Part shown: positions 13,081 through 26,369 of the stretch, piece after piece
How the letters are laid out: the number at the start of each line of letters is the position of its first letter
How positions within the stretch are numbered: the first letter of the stretch is position 1
Source: Ginglymostoma cirratum
Lineage: Eukaryota
DNA: 64,000 bases
Direction of reading: 5' to 3'
Assembly: GCA_024137785.1 (NCBI GenBank)
Contig: JAHRHZ010000078.1
Span: 2,523,027 to 2,587,026 of the forward strand
Notes under the pieces: generated by a model
What the model was told of the DNA's origin: nothing
What the model saw: only the letters and a program-made list of their open reading frames with translations
Database searches by the model: none
Translations under genes and position numbers: made by a program

Positions 13081-15469
13081 AATTAACAAGGCTGGGGATT
13101 GCACAATGAATGTAAGAACGCTGGATAACACTGAACATCAATGGGACCTTGGTGTGCATGTATGTGGAGCCTTGAAGTCATCAGAATAGGTGGATAGGAT
13201 GGTTATGAAGGCGCGTATTGGATACTTGCATTTATTAGTTGAGGCATTCAATACAAAGCTGGGCGATTATGAAGGAGCTGTGTAGGACATTGGTTGAGCC
13301 ACAACTGGAGTACTGTGTCCACTTCTGGTCACCTCATTATTAGAAGGATGGGATTGCACTGGAAAGAGTGCAGAATAGATTCATTTGGATATTGCCTAGG
13401 GCTGGGGCAATTCAGCCAGAGAGAGAGAGACTACATATCTATGCCCCTCCATAATTTTTTACCCCTCTTAATTTTGTACACCTCAATCTGATTCCATCCC
13501 TCCCCCCACCACCCAGCCTTTTCTGCTCCAAGGAAAATAGCCCTAGTCTGTGTGGCCATGTAGAGTTAGATCACAGATTAGCTATTATCTCATTAAATGG
13601 TACAACAGGTTTGAGGAGTAAGATGGTTCGCACCAATTCTTTTGTTACTACATACTAGTTGAATCTCTCCATTTTACATGTTCCAACCCTTCACAGCTGC
13701 TATAAAGGTGGTCTGCAAACATTGCCCACTCCTGTTGTAATCCATTCCAATTTCAGAATTCTATCCACAAAGTTTTCACCCCACTAGTGCTTACAAGTGA
13801 ATTTTGTCATAATGAGTTAAATTTATTCACAAAATAGCTGTTAATGAGGATACGTAACAGTTGTCAATATGGACATTTAGGAGCTTCTGTTTGTTGGATT
13901 CCATTCCACCAAGGGTTTAAAAATTATATCCTTATTTTCAAATCCCTCTGTGACTTCACCCATCCTTATCTCTGTAACTTCCTCTACTCCCCAATGCCCC
14001 TGTGCAACTTCTTGTATTCCTCCAGTTCTGGCCTTCTAGACAGTACGGATCCATTTGCATATCTTCTCTGTGCAAGCCTTATGTTATGAAATTGCCACCC
14101 TTAATCCCTCCTCTCTACCTTTTTAAGGTGTTGTGAGGTGGCAGAAGGAATGAAGCTACGAAAGCTTGTGTTTTCAAATAAACCTGTTGGACTATAACCT
14201 GGTGTCATGTGATTTCTGACCTTGTCCACCCCAGTCCAACACCGGCTCCTCCACATCATGGCTACCTTTCTAAAACTTATCTCTTCGACCAATTTTTTTT
14301 TTAGTCTCCATTATCATACCTCCTCTTTCAGGTTTTATTGGTTTACATTTTCCGTGAAGTGACTTGGGACATTGTGAAATGTTAAAGACAAAGTTGTTGC
14401 GCTGCATTAGGTTGGGCATTGCTAGATTATTTGGGAAGTTCATTTGTAAAACAACTTTTGTTTTCCGTGTTCAAGGAAATAATTTTAAATTTGAATTGCT
14501 TTGGAGGTGTGATTTTGTGAATGCATGACACACCGTATAGTGCAGTAGGTTTATGAAATTGTTTTCTGAAATAATGATAGTTGTTGCACTCAAATTCTTT
14601 AGTTGTGTGGTGAATGCAATTGGCTTTCAAACAAGGATTTATTCACAGCACGTCCTGTTCATCCCCTACCCCTGGGCACATTGGCTTCTGTTCTGGCTCC
14701 ACCTCAATTTTAAAATTTTTATCCTTGCATTCAAACCCCTTCGTGGCCTCATTCCTGTACTGTACCTTTCCCCAGCCCTCTGGGAATGCTGTGCTCCTTC
14801 AGTTCTGAACTCTGGCCTATCCCTAATTTTCACCTTTGGTCATGCCTTCTGCTGCCTTGGCTGTAAATAATGGGATTTCTTTTGCTAAGCATCACTGTTT
14901 CTCCATACACCTGTCAACTTGTTAAGGTGCTCCTTAATATCAAGCTCTTTGACTAAGCCATCCTAATTTACCTTATTCCCCCCAGTGTCAGATTTTATTA
15001 GAAGATACTGTTGTGAAATGCCATGGGAATTCTGGTAAAGGAGTAATCTCCAAAACAAGTTATGCTTTTTATTCTTTGATCATGGGATGTGGGTGTTGCT
15101 GCCTTGATCTGCATTTGCTGCCAGTCCCTAACTGCCCAGAGGGCAGTTGAGAGTCAACCGCATTACTGAGAGTCTGCAATCGCACGTATGCCAGACTGGG
15201 TAAGGATGGTGGATTTCATTCCCAAAAAGACATGGGTGAACTAGGTGGGTTTTTAAACAACAATCATCACGGATGTGATTAGCTCTTCACTCCAGATTTT
15301 GTTGAATCCAAATTTTGCCAGCTGTCTTGATGGGATCAGAACCCATGCCTAAAGAATGTTAGCCTGGGTCCCTGGATCTCTCTGCAGTGGCGTTACCACC
15401 AGCTCCCCTGTTGAGTGGTTCAGTTTGATGTTATTGTAACCCATGCTGTTTCTGTAATGTGTTTTGCAG

Positions 15470-15619
15470 CCAGTGGAGGCCACTGATGATGCATTCTGGG
15501 ATCAGTTCTGGGCTGACACGGCTACATCCATCCAGGACGTGTTCACCTTGGTGCCAGCAGCTGAGATCCGAGCAGTCAGGGAGGAGTCACCCTCTAACTT
15601 AGCCACCCTGTGCTATAAG
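15470..15619 (+). CDS. HID1: HID1 coding exon 2 (150 bp, phase 0/0)
   Basis: ttttgcag|CCA...AAG|gtacgg; encodes PVEATDDAFWDQFWADTATSIQDVFTLVPAAEIRAVREESPSNLATLCYK, recognised as the HID1 N-terminal region. Confidence 0.97.
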
Positions 15620-15737
15620 GTACGGAGACCATCTGTCCTTTCCTGTGAACTTTGAGCTAAATTAACTGAGGAATGTTTGTCATGTGAGTCAAATTATTTC
15701 TCTTTTCTAGCACTCGTGTTGAGATGTATACCATAAG

Positions 15738-15855
15738 TTAGACGCAGAGTAAATCTCCCTCGACGATGTTCCCATCAAACACTCCCAGGACAGGTACAGC
15801 ATGGGGTTAGGTATGGAGTAAAGCTTTCTCTATGCTGTCCCCATTAAACACTGAG
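15738..15855. repeat. Dispersed ~65-70 bp satellite unit (CCCATCAAACACTCCCAGGACAGGTACAGCA...GGTTAG...AGAGTAAA)
   Basis: About 2 copies here; about 3 reverse-orientation copies at 36640-36830. Confidence 0.75.
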
Positions 15856-15879
15856 GACAAAGGCAACACAGGGTGAGAA

Positions 15880-16212
15880 TAATCATTGAATCCGTACAGT
15901 GTGGAAGCAGGCTATTCGGTTCATCAGGTCTACACCAAACCTCCGAAGACCATCCCACCCAGACCCGGCCCCTACTTTATCCCTGTAACCCTGCATTTCC
16001 CGCAGCTAATCCACTGAGCCTGCACATCCCTGGACTCGATGGACAATTTAGCATGGCCAATCTACCTAACCTGCTCATCTTTGGACTGTGAGAGGAAACT
16101 GAGCACACAGAGGAAACACACAGACATGGGTAGAATATGCACACTCCACACAAACAGTTGGGTCCCTGGTGCTGTGAGGCAGCAGTGCTAATCATGGAGC
16201 TATAGTGCTGCC
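15880..16212 (-). mobile_element. HE1-type SINE
   Basis: Homologous to 38791-39104. Confidence 0.8.
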
Positions 16213-16577
16213 CTCTACACTGTCATCTCTGCCCACGGCTGCACCTCCAGGTCACTTGGTTCAGGGATAGGGACACTACCTCTCCACCACAAGAGGACCC
16301 CTGTAAGAGTTGCTGCTGAATTGTGGGTGATAAGATTCAGCTGATGCCTGCAAGTCTCACTGAGCTTTCAGTGAGTGAGAGGAGGATCTTGTAGCTAATC
16401 AGCTGCAATGTGTTAATTATTAAGGATATGAAACCTGGTGCATGTTATGATATCCCCAATGAGAATGGTAAAATTCAAATAAAATTAATTGCTGTTCACT
16501 ACTATTTGCATTTATCACGGAATCTGGGAGTACTTAGTGGTCATCAATTAAGAACAACAGTTGAAAGGGACTATTTG

Positions 16578-16685
16578 TGGGGCTGTGGTAGTGTCCCTTC
16601 TTCTGAGCCAGGAGATCCAGGTTTAAGTTCCACCTGTTCCAGAGGTGTGTCATAATATCTCCGAGCAGGTTGATCATAAAATATT
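16578..16685 (+). mobile_element. Short (~110 bp) tRNA-derived SINE-like repeat
   Basis: TGGTAGTG A-box-like and GGTT(C/T)AAGT(C/T)C B-box-like motifs; further copies near 41505-41612 and 41710-41815. Confidence 0.55.
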
Positions 16686-17090
16686 TGACACCAAATGAAA
16701 ATATATTTCTTGAACTGCCTTTTCCTTCATGTGTACTGTTATCATACACTCAGAAGCCTAGTGCACGCTCAGACTGGCTTATTAACAGAGTTTGAAATTA
16801 TCGCAGTTAGTTTACCAGTCTAGAAGAGTGACAGGCTTAATATAATCCAGGATAAACATGTACCTCTCACTCAGTGTCACTACACTGTGTTTGGAACATT
16901 GTTCAGCAAGTCCCTCAACTCCCAATTCCAGTGTGTGAGCTTGCCCCTACCTGAACTGTCACTCAACCAGGTCAGTTCCTTCCCCCAGTCACCCTTTGGG
17001 CTAACAGGGTGTGTTTGTAACTTCTTCCCTTCCCTAAAGTTGTGTATATATTGGTGGCTGAATCAGCCATCCAATTTAAATTCAGTCATG

Positions 17091-20035
17091 GAACATAGAA
17101 CATTACAGTGCAGTACAGGCCCTTCGGCCCTCAATGTTGCGCCAACCTGTGAAACCAATCTGAAGCCCATCTAACCTACACTATTCCATTATCATCCATA
17201 TGTTTATCCAATGACCATTTAAATGCCCTTAAAGTTGGCGAGTCTACAACTGCTGCAGGCAAGGCATTCCATGCCCTGACTTCTCTCTGAGTAAAGAATC
17301 TACCTCTGACATCTGTCCTATATCTATCACCCCTCAATTTAAAGCTACGTCCCCTCGTGTTAGCCATCACCATCCGAGGAAAAAGGCTCTCACTGTCCAC
17401 CCTATCTAATCCTCTGATCATCTTGTATGTCTCTATTAAGTCACGTCTTAACCTTCTTCTCTCTGACGAAAACAGCCTCAAGTTCCTCAGCCTTTCCTCA
17501 TAAGACCTTCCCTCCATACCAGGCAACATCCTGGTAAATCTCCTCTGCACCCTTTCCAATGCTTCCACATCCTTCTTATAATGCGGTGACCAGAACTGCA
17601 CGCAATACTCCAAGTGCGGCCGCACCAGAGTTTTGTACAGCTGCAACATGACCTCACGGTTCTGAAACTCAATCCCTCTACCAATAAAACCTAACACACC
17701 ATATGCCTTCTTAACAACTGTATCAACCTGGGTGGCAACTTTCAGGGATGTATGCACATGGACACCAAGATCTCTCTGCTCATCCACACGACCAAGAATC
17801 TTACCATTAGCCCAGTCCTCTGTATTCCTGTTACTCCTTCCAGAGTGAATCACCTCACACTTTTCCGCATTAAACTCCATTTGCCACCTCTCGGCCCAGC
17901 TCTGCAGCTTATCTATGTCCCTCTGTAACCTGCAACATCCTTCCGCACTATTCACAACTCCACCGACTTTAGTGTCATCCGCAAATTTACTAATCCATCC
18001 TTCTATGCCCTCATCCAGGTCATTTATGAAAATGACAAACAGTAGTGGCCCCAAAACAGATCCTTGCGATACACCACTAGTAACTGAACTCCAGGATGAA
18101 CATTTCCCATCAACCACCACCCTCTGTCTTCTTACAGCTAGCCAATTTCTGATCCAAACCGCTAAATCACCCTCAATCCCATGCCTCCGAATTTTCTGCA
18201 ATAGCCTACTGTGGGGAACCTTATCAAATGCTTCACTGAAATCCATATACACCACATCAACCACTTTACCCTCATCCACCAGTTTGGTCACCTTCTCAAA
18301 GAGCTCAATAAGGTTTGTGAGGCACGACCTACCCTTCACAAAACCGTGTTGACTACCCCTAATCAAATTATTCCTTTCTAGATGATTATAAATCCTATCT
18401 CTTGTAATCCTTTCCAACACTTTACCCACAACCGAAGTAAGGCTCACTGGTCTATAATTACTAGGTCGTCTCTGTCCCCTTGTTCAAGAAGGGGAGTAAC
18501 ATTTGCTATCCTCCAGTCTTCTGGCACTATTCCTGTAGACAATGACGACAAAAAGATCAAAGCCAAAGGCTCTGCAATCTCCTCCCTCGCTTCCCAGAGA
18601 ATCCTAGGATGGATCCTATCTGGCCCAGGGGACTTATCTATTCTCAGACTTTCCAGAATTGCTAACACCTCCTCCTTATGAATCGCAATCCTGTCTAGTC
18701 TAATAACCTGTATCTCAGTATTCTCCTCGACAACATTGTCTTTTTCATGTGTGAATACTGGTGAAAAATACTCATTTAGCGCCTCTCCTATCTCTTCGGA
18801 CTCCACGCACAACTTCCTGCTACTGTCCTTGACTGGCCCTAATCTTATTCTAGTCATTCTTTTATTCCTGACATACCTATAGAAAGCTTTAGGGTTTTCC
18901 TTGATCCTATCTGCCAAAGACTTTTCTCATGTCCCCTCCTGGCTCTTCTTAGCTCTCTCTTTAGGTCCTTCCTGGCTCACTTGTAACTCTCAAGCACCCT
19001 AACTGAGCCTTCGCACTTCATCTTTACATAAGCCTCCTTCTTCCTCTTGACAAGAGATTCAACTTCTTTAGTAAACCACGGTTCCCTCGCTCGACCATTT
19101 CCTCCCTGCCTGACCGGTACATACTTATCAAGGACACACAGTAGCTGTTCCTTGAACAAGCTCCACATTCCAATTGTGCCCAGCCCCTGCAGTTTCCTTC
19201 CCCATCCTAAGTCTTGCCTAATCGCCTCATAATTGCCTTTCCCCCAGCTATAACTCTTGCCCTGCGATACATACCTATCCCTTTCCATTGCTAAAGTAAA
19301 CGTGACCGAATTGTGGTCACTATCACCAAAGTGCTCACCTACCTCCAAATCTAACACCGGGAATGGTTCATTACCCAGTACCAAATCCAATGTTGCCTCG
19401 CCCCTTGTTGGCCTATCTACATACTGTGTCAGGAAACCCTCCTGCACACACTGGACAAAAACGGACCCATCTAAAGTACTTGAACTATAGCATTTCCAGT
19501 CAATATCTGGAAAGTTAAAGTCCCCCATAACAACTACACTGTTCCTTTCGCTCCTATCCAGAATCATTTTTGCTATTCTTTCCTCTACATCTCTGGAACT
19601 ATTCGGAGGCCTATAGAAAACTCCCAACAGGGTGACCTTTCCTGTTTCTAACCTCAGCCCATACTACCTCAGTAGACGAGTCCTCAGCAAACGTCCTTTC
19701 TACCACCGTAATACTGTCCTCGACTAACAATGCCACACCTCCCCCTCTTTTACCACCTTCCCTGATCTTACTGAAACATCTAAAGCCCGGAACCTGCAAC
19801 AACCATTCCTGTCCCTACTCTATCTATGTCTCCGAAATGGCCCCAACATCAAAGTCCCAGGTCCCAACCCATGCTGCAAGTTCACCCACCTTATTCCGGA
19901 TGCTCCTGGCGTTGAAGTAGACACGCTTCAAACCACCTTCCTGCCTGCTGGTACACTCCTGCGACCTTGAAACCTTATTCATGACCTCACTACTCTCAAC
20001 TTCCTGTACATTGGAGCTACAAGTCAGGTTCATTG
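17091..20035 (-). mobile_element. Young, 5'-truncated CR1/HER1-type LINE with near-complete ORF2 (APE endonuclease + RT), broken by a few frameshifts/stops
   Basis: Consecutive ORFs: YFNARSIRNK, GVFYRPPN, MGDFNFP, SDHN (APE); QHGF, FDKVPH, QGSVLGP, FADD (RT); CR1 tail LVRPHLEYCVQFWSP; (TTCTATG)-like 3' terminus. Confidence 0.97.
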
Positions 20036-20414
20036 GAAGCAGTGCATTCATATACTGAACAGGAATGAGGTCAGGGTATTGGCAGTACCAATTTTTTTTT
20101 AACACACTTTGTTTGATCAGTTCTCTGGTAATTCAGTACAATGGTCAACAAAAGCTAAAGTTTGGCTCAGATGTCGTTATTCTTGTGTTTATGCTCAAGT
20201 GCCACTTCAGCATGTAATCTAAACCATTGCTCCCATACTTGACTGAAGGAGGTGACTCTGTTCAAGGTGACATTTTTTAGATTTGATGTTGATATGTCTG
20301 CCTTTTAGGGAGGGTATTGGAAGAGTTGATATTGTTCTGATGCTCTGGCTAATGTGCCCCCTCCAAAGAATGCCACTTAAAAGCTGATGATCTGGTAATT
20401 TTTTATCATTCATT

Positions 20415-20750
20415 CACAGGATGTAGTCCTTCAGTTCCAGGTGATTTTTCCACCTTCAGACCTTTCAGTTTTCCCACCACCTTCTCCTTAGTGATGACCA
20501 CTACATTCACCTTTGCCCCTTGACTCTGTTGAAGTTCTGATATGCTGCTGGTGTCTTCTCCTGTGAAAACTGATGCAAAGTATCTATTCAGTTCCTCTGC
20601 CATTTCCTTGTTCCCCATTACTACTTCTCTAGCCACATTTACCAGTGGTTCAGTGTCCACTCTTGCCTCTCTCTTCTCTTTTAGGTATCTTTAAAAAAAA
20701 CTCTCGCAATTTTCATTTATATTCCTAGTTAGCTTACGCTTATATTACTC
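20415..20750 (-). mobile_element. CR1 ORF2 internal fragment
   Basis: EMAEELNRYFASVFT...LKVEKSPGTEGLHP. Confidence 0.85.
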
Positions 20751-21834
20751 TCCTTCCTGACTATTCAAAGCTTACTGATGTTCCATCACACTCCTGAATT
20801 TGTGACTTCAAACTGCCCCACTTACCTGCCACAGTGACTGGACTTTGGAGTAATGGAAATAATTGATAAATCGTAGGAGAAATTCATGTTCCATCTTGAA
20901 AGTGGTGAGAATGCTTCCTACAAGCCACATGATAATTTCCCACCTCCCTGTGGATTGACTGATCCTCTTTGGGGATGTTGGGCAAAGCCTTAAGTGAGAT
21001 AGTCACCTCATTACACAGCTAGTGACACATATCTGCATATCTCCGGCCAATGCAACAGCCTCACAAAACCACCCTGGTTTTTTGTACTGTACCCCTTTTT
21101 GCACTGTTCCCTTCCATTGTGGTGAACATTGAAGCAGTTCTGTCAACTCCTATTTGTTACTCGAATAATTGAACAGCCCTTAAGGAGGCCAATAACTCAT
21201 TATTTTCTTGCCTGGTCATTGTAAGAGCTATCCGCTTAGTATCCCTCTTCTGCTCTCCACCCTTAGCTGTGAAAACTTCAAATGTTTCTACTTCAAACAT
21301 TTATCACATTCCCTTTGGAAGTTGGTGCATTCGCTGCCATCCCGATGTGTTCCAAACCATGATTTACTCGAAAAATAAATGTTTCCTCTTTCCCCGTACT
21401 CTTGTAAATTGTTTTTGCATCTTAGTCCTCTCACTATTGCTCATTCTGTGAGTGAAAACTCTTTCTCCTTGTTTATTCTGTTAAAATCATTCATGATTTT
21501 TTTTACCCCTCAATTTGTTCTTAGCTTTGTCTGCTATTAAGGAGAACAATCCCAATTTCTGTACTGTCTCATGGCCTTATCTCTGGTATCTGGAAATTCT
21601 TCTCTGTACACTCTTGCTGTTCTGCGCTCTTATTTCTTTGCTGATCATGTGATTTGCTGTCTTAGTGGTCACCATGGAGAGAGGCAACCACAATGTGGTT
21701 TGAAGAAACCGCAGCCTTTTAGAAAACGGAAATTTCTCTGTGGAGTGTTTCCTTCCTCAGTCTAATCGCAGGCCCCACTTGCTGCAGCTACAGTATGTTG
21801 CGGTTCTCAGAAACTACTCAGGCTAAATAATTTT

Positions 21835-21949
21835 AGATAACAAGCATGGGGCTGGATGAACACAGCAGGTCAAGCAGCATCATAGGAGCAGGAAAACATG
21901 ACGTTTCAGGCCTAAACCCTTCATCAGAAAATGATGCAAGGCTGATACA
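21835..21949. mobile_element. Short Penelope-derived insert with 15-bp TSD
   Basis: AGGCTAAATAATTTT at 21820-21834 and 21950-21964; minus strand carries CTGATGA...GAAACGTC. Confidence 0.75.
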
Positions 21950-22506
21950 AGGCTAAATAATTTTGTCCAGTTTCCCTTTAAACCAGTGCTGACCAAGTAC
22001 TAGTTATTTTACCAGTGAGTAACCCAGAGGCTTGTGCTTGTTACCCACAGTGTTCAACTCTGACCATGTCAGTTTGTGTTTGGTTCAAAAGAAAATCAGG
22101 AAAAATAAAGTTCTTCTCTGTAAAAGTGATTGTAAAGCTGTACGTTTGTTGTAAAAACCCAATTGTTCTTGGAATTTCCTTTGGAGAAGGAAGCCTAATG
22201 TACTAGCCCAGTTTGGTTTATATGTGACTCCTGCCACATAACAATGTACCATAATAAGTAGATTGATAAACAACTCTGTGTATCAAATCAAGACCAACAC
22301 TTCAAGGAGAAAACCCAGCACTACCACCTTCTGCTGGCTTTGTCAGCAACACACACATGCCAAGAGTATATCTGTGTTATACAGAGGGAGGCCTGTCCTC
22401 ACCAGTACTGTACCCCAGTGTTATACAGTGACAGACCTGTGCCCACCCATACTAAGTGTTGTATAAATAGTTATCTAAATAATGTATTTTTTTCTGGTCC
22501 ATCCAG

Positions 22507-22677
22507 GCAGTTGAGAAGTTAGTCCAAGGTGCTGAGTCAGGCTGTGCAAGTGACAAGGAGAAACAGATTATTATTAACTGCACTCAGCTCCTGACCCGCA
22601 TCCTGCCTTATATCTTTGAGGATCCAGACTGGAGAGGCTTCTTTTGGTCAACAGTTCCAGGAGCAGGCCGTGCTGGG
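22507..22677 (+). CDS. HID1: HID1 coding exon 3 (171 bp)
   Basis: atccag|GCA...GGG|gtaagt; AVEKLVQGAESGCASDKEKQIIINCTQLLTRILPYIFEDPDWRGFFWSTVPGAGRAG; in frame with exon 2 (absent from the ORF track). Confidence 0.96.
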
Positions 22678-22912
22678 GTAAGTCTATACCAGGTCCTTTT
22701 CTTACACTGTTGTAGTACCCGAGCCTGTTTTGTAAAAACAGCCTCTGTCAGTGCCTTTGTTTGGCCTTTGCTGTGTTTTTATGACCAAGAACATTCATTA
22801 TACATGTACAATAAATACACCAAGAAACTTCACGGAGTGTGAATGAATGATATTGAAGCATGGAGGGAGAGATTGGGAGGAGGTGATTGAAACCTTATTT
22901 GTTATTGACATG

Positions 22913-23122
22913 GATAACACAGTGTGGAGCTGGAGGAACACAGCAGGCCAGGCAGCATCAGAGGAACAGGAAAGTTGACGTTTCGGGTCGGGACCCTTCT
23001 TAATAAATGACCCAAAACGTCAACTTTCTTGCTCCTCTGATGCTACCTGGCCTGCTGTATTCCGCCAGCTCCACACTGTGTTATCTATGACTGCAGCATT
23101 GGCAGTTCTCAGTGTCTCTGAG
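22913..23122. mobile_element. Palindromic Penelope-derived insert with 15-bp TSD
   Basis: TTTGTTATTGACATG at 22898-22912 and 23123-23137; the two arms are reverse complements. Confidence 0.8.
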
Positions 23123-23879
23123 TTTGTTATTGACATGCTTCTCCAGGTGACGATGGTGAAGGGCATGGAAAATGTGACAAAAGACCACATCCACTCTGAG
23201 TCAGAGTCCAGGAGCAGCTTGTTAATCATTGATGGCCAACTGATTCTTCTTACCCCTACCCCTGTCCATAGTGCTGAGGATTAATTTAATCCCGAGTCTG
23301 CTGTGAGTGAGGTCCAGCCTCCCTCACCATGGTGACCAGGAGTGGATAACCCACTGCCTACTATGACGAGAATCAATTTCTCTCCAGTCCCTAATGACCA
23401 GCATTGATCATCCAGCCCAGTTGTTATTGTTTGGATTCAGTTACCCCATGATTTTGGTGAGCAGGTGAACCCTGTACAGTGATCAGGATCAAATCGAAAG
23501 TGTTGGAAACTAGGGGGTGCAGACTTAAAAAAAAAAAAGCCAGAAGCAATGTGAGGAGAAACCTTTTTTTATTGCATATTATTCTGAAATGTATACCTGA
23601 TAGGGAAAATGGAAACAGATTCAAAAGTGGAGTTCAAGAGGGAATTGGATAAATACTTGATCGAGAAGAAAACAGCAGGCTTTGGGAGAAGGGCAAGGGA
23701 GTGGGATTAGCTTAATTGCTTTTTGAAAGAGCCAACGGTTCCAGTGGGCTGAATTACCTCCTCTTGTGCCATCCTAGTCTATGATTCTATTCTGATATTT
23801 AGGCAAATTGCTTTGTCAGCAAGGTGTGAGTGGACGAGAGGTTTGGAGAGTTTAATTGCAGAGTTTAATTTCAGATTGG

Positions 23880-25500
23880 TTATATGTGTGTCTTACTTGC
23901 TCAATTTCATTCCTAGCTTGTGAAATGCATCAACCGTAATCCTGTACCTAATTCAGTTGCTGCATTGGCTTAGTGTTAATGAGACACACCCTGAAGGAAT
24001 TGGTCTCACCTGCAAATCAGTCTCACAGACAGATGCAAACAGGCAGCTGGGGCCTCACCACTAAACTCACTGAAAAGAAACCTTTCATTTTTAGGTTAGC
24101 TTTTACTCCAAGTTTTTCCTGTTCAAACTTTATTTGCCAATTCCCAGTTAGTCTTGGAGCCTCCAAGAATCTCGAGGTAACTTTTCAGGAGCTTGGTTAG
24201 GTTGCAATGCTCGAAGCAGCCTCTGCAATGCAACAGATCAACTCTTATAAGATCCAGTCAGCATTGAAGGGTTTCAATGCGGCAGGACTTGCATTCATAC
24301 AAACGTGTATAAATCCTCCCCTGCGCCTCCACTGCTTGCACAAGTGTGCATACACACATCTGTACAAGCATGCGTATGCACATGCACATACAAGCATACA
24401 TATAACCACACATGCAAGCATGTGTATAGCTGTGTGCATGCACGCGCACACGTAGGTGTATACCTCCACACACCGACAAGTGCACGCATACCTGCACACA
24501 CACAACTGCAAACAGGCATGCATATACCTGCACATGCGCACGCGCACAAGCATATATCATCACACAAATATAGTATGCATATGTCCACATTCATACAAAC
24601 ATATATATACCCACATACGTATATGTACAAGCATGTGTATATACCCCTACACACACACAAACATTATACATACATATATCCCCACACATATATGCAGGCA
24701 TGTATATATCACCCACATGCACACAGGTGCATGTATACCCCCCACCCTGGCACACATACAAGCATGTATATATCTCCACATTCTCACACAGGCATGTATA
24801 TATCCTAATGCATGCACGCACACATGGGGACACACAAGCACATATATAGCACTATACACTCATACAAGCATGCATACATGCTATAGTTAAGCTGAAGAGA
24901 ACCGATGTGCAAATAGAGAAAGGGTTTGTGTATGAAGGCAACGAACAAGAAGAATATCCCCACATTATTCAGCTGACACTTTGCAATGCTTTGAGGTCAT
25001 GAAAAGTTCTGCATAAATGCAAGCCTTTCTAATGTCCTTTAAGTGATCCATAAACAATAGGCATTGCCAACCACCTTTCAGATTGTTATGTGCAGCTCTC
25101 TGACAAATGTGCTTGAATGCCCATATTGTTTTTGGTCTAGTAAACATCTACAATCTTTCAATATTCAACAACCTTTGGTGTGTCTCATAATCTGACCAGT
25201 AGCTAGTGAATAAACAGCAGAATCACCTGTATTAATGAACGGCCTTGACTGCTGTACTTGGTGTATCCATCATGGAAGTCTCGTCAGAAAACATCAGTGG
25301 GCTATTTATAGCATAATCTGATCGTATCAAGTGATGTCATTAAGCTGTGCTGTTTTAAATCAACCCGTTATGTGTGACAGACCTCTGACTCAGAAATAGC
25401 GACATTGCACAAGAGCTGCTTTGTTAAGCTGAGATTCTGGACAGTAATTAGAAGCATGATATCTCTTATCCTTACAGCATCAACCTCAATAAGATACACC
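23880..25500 (-). pseudogene. Candidate heavily decayed TLR-like (LRR + TIR) pseudogene fragment, antisense in HID1 intron 3
   Basis: Hand translation across frameshifts: SLMTSLDTIRLCYK*PTDVF*RDF and TFHDLKALQSVS (LRR-like); NADWIL*ELI, RFLFSEF, AFHKLGMKLSK*DTHI (TIR-like, in the expected order). Confidence 0.45.
24340..24890. repeat. Degenerate (CA/TA/TG) alternating purine-pyrimidine repeat
   Basis: Direct reading; source of the many H/T/C/V-rich ORFs here. Confidence 0.9.
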
Positions 25501-26369
25501 AAACAAGTACATCTATTTCAACAGGCCTTGGCCATTCAGTCCAATTAGATCTATACTGGTAAAAACCAAAAGAACTGCAGATGCTGTAAATCAGGAACAA
25601 AAACAAAGTTGCTGGAAAAGCTCAGCAGGTCTGGCAGCATCTGTGAAGAAAAAATCGGAGTTAATATTTCAGGTCTGGGACATCAGAGTTAACGTTTTGG
25701 GTTCGGTGACCCTACCTCAGAACTGAGTTCACCGGACCCGAAACGTTAACTCTGTTTTTGTATATACTGGTATTTTACATTTGACAAGAGCCTCCTCCTG
25801 ACTTATTTCATCGAAAGCCCTCAGTAGGACTTTCTGTATCCTTGCTTATTAGCTTTCCTTTAAATGCATCTCTACTATTTGCCTTAATGAATTCATGTGG
25901 TAGTAAGTTCCAAATTCTCACTACTGTCTGAGTAAAGAAGGTTCTCCTGAATTTCCTGTTGGATTTATTAGTGCCTGTTTTGAATTTCATAGTAAGTGGA
26001 AAAGTCTTATTTATCTGATCAAATAGTTCCATAATTTTAAAGACATCTGTTAGGTCACTTTCCACTTTCACGAGAAATGGCCCCAGCCTGCTCAATCTTT
26101 CCTGATAGGTATAATCTCTATTTTCTTACACCATCTCCAGTGCTTCCATATTCTTTACATTGTATAGTGATCAGAACTGGCCTCCATGCTCCAAAGTGTA
26201 ATTTAACCAATCTTCGAGACAAGTTTAACATTATTTATCTGCTTTGGAACAAAACTAGAAATCGCTGGTGGATTTCTAGCAGGTCTGGCAGCATTTGGGA
26301 AGAAAGCAGAGTTAACATTTCGAGTCTGTTGACTCATCATGGGAACTGTGTGTGTTTTAATGAGAGCTG

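Noticed and set aside
1-15469. HID1 exon 1 (MGS..SKLNFRKAVIQL-type sequence) or promoter
   Set aside because: No matching sequence or CpG island found by eye; the window appears to start inside intron 1.
24245-24890. Overlapping His/Cys/Val-rich ORFs
   Set aside because: Stop-poor CA/TG repeat produces spurious ORFs.
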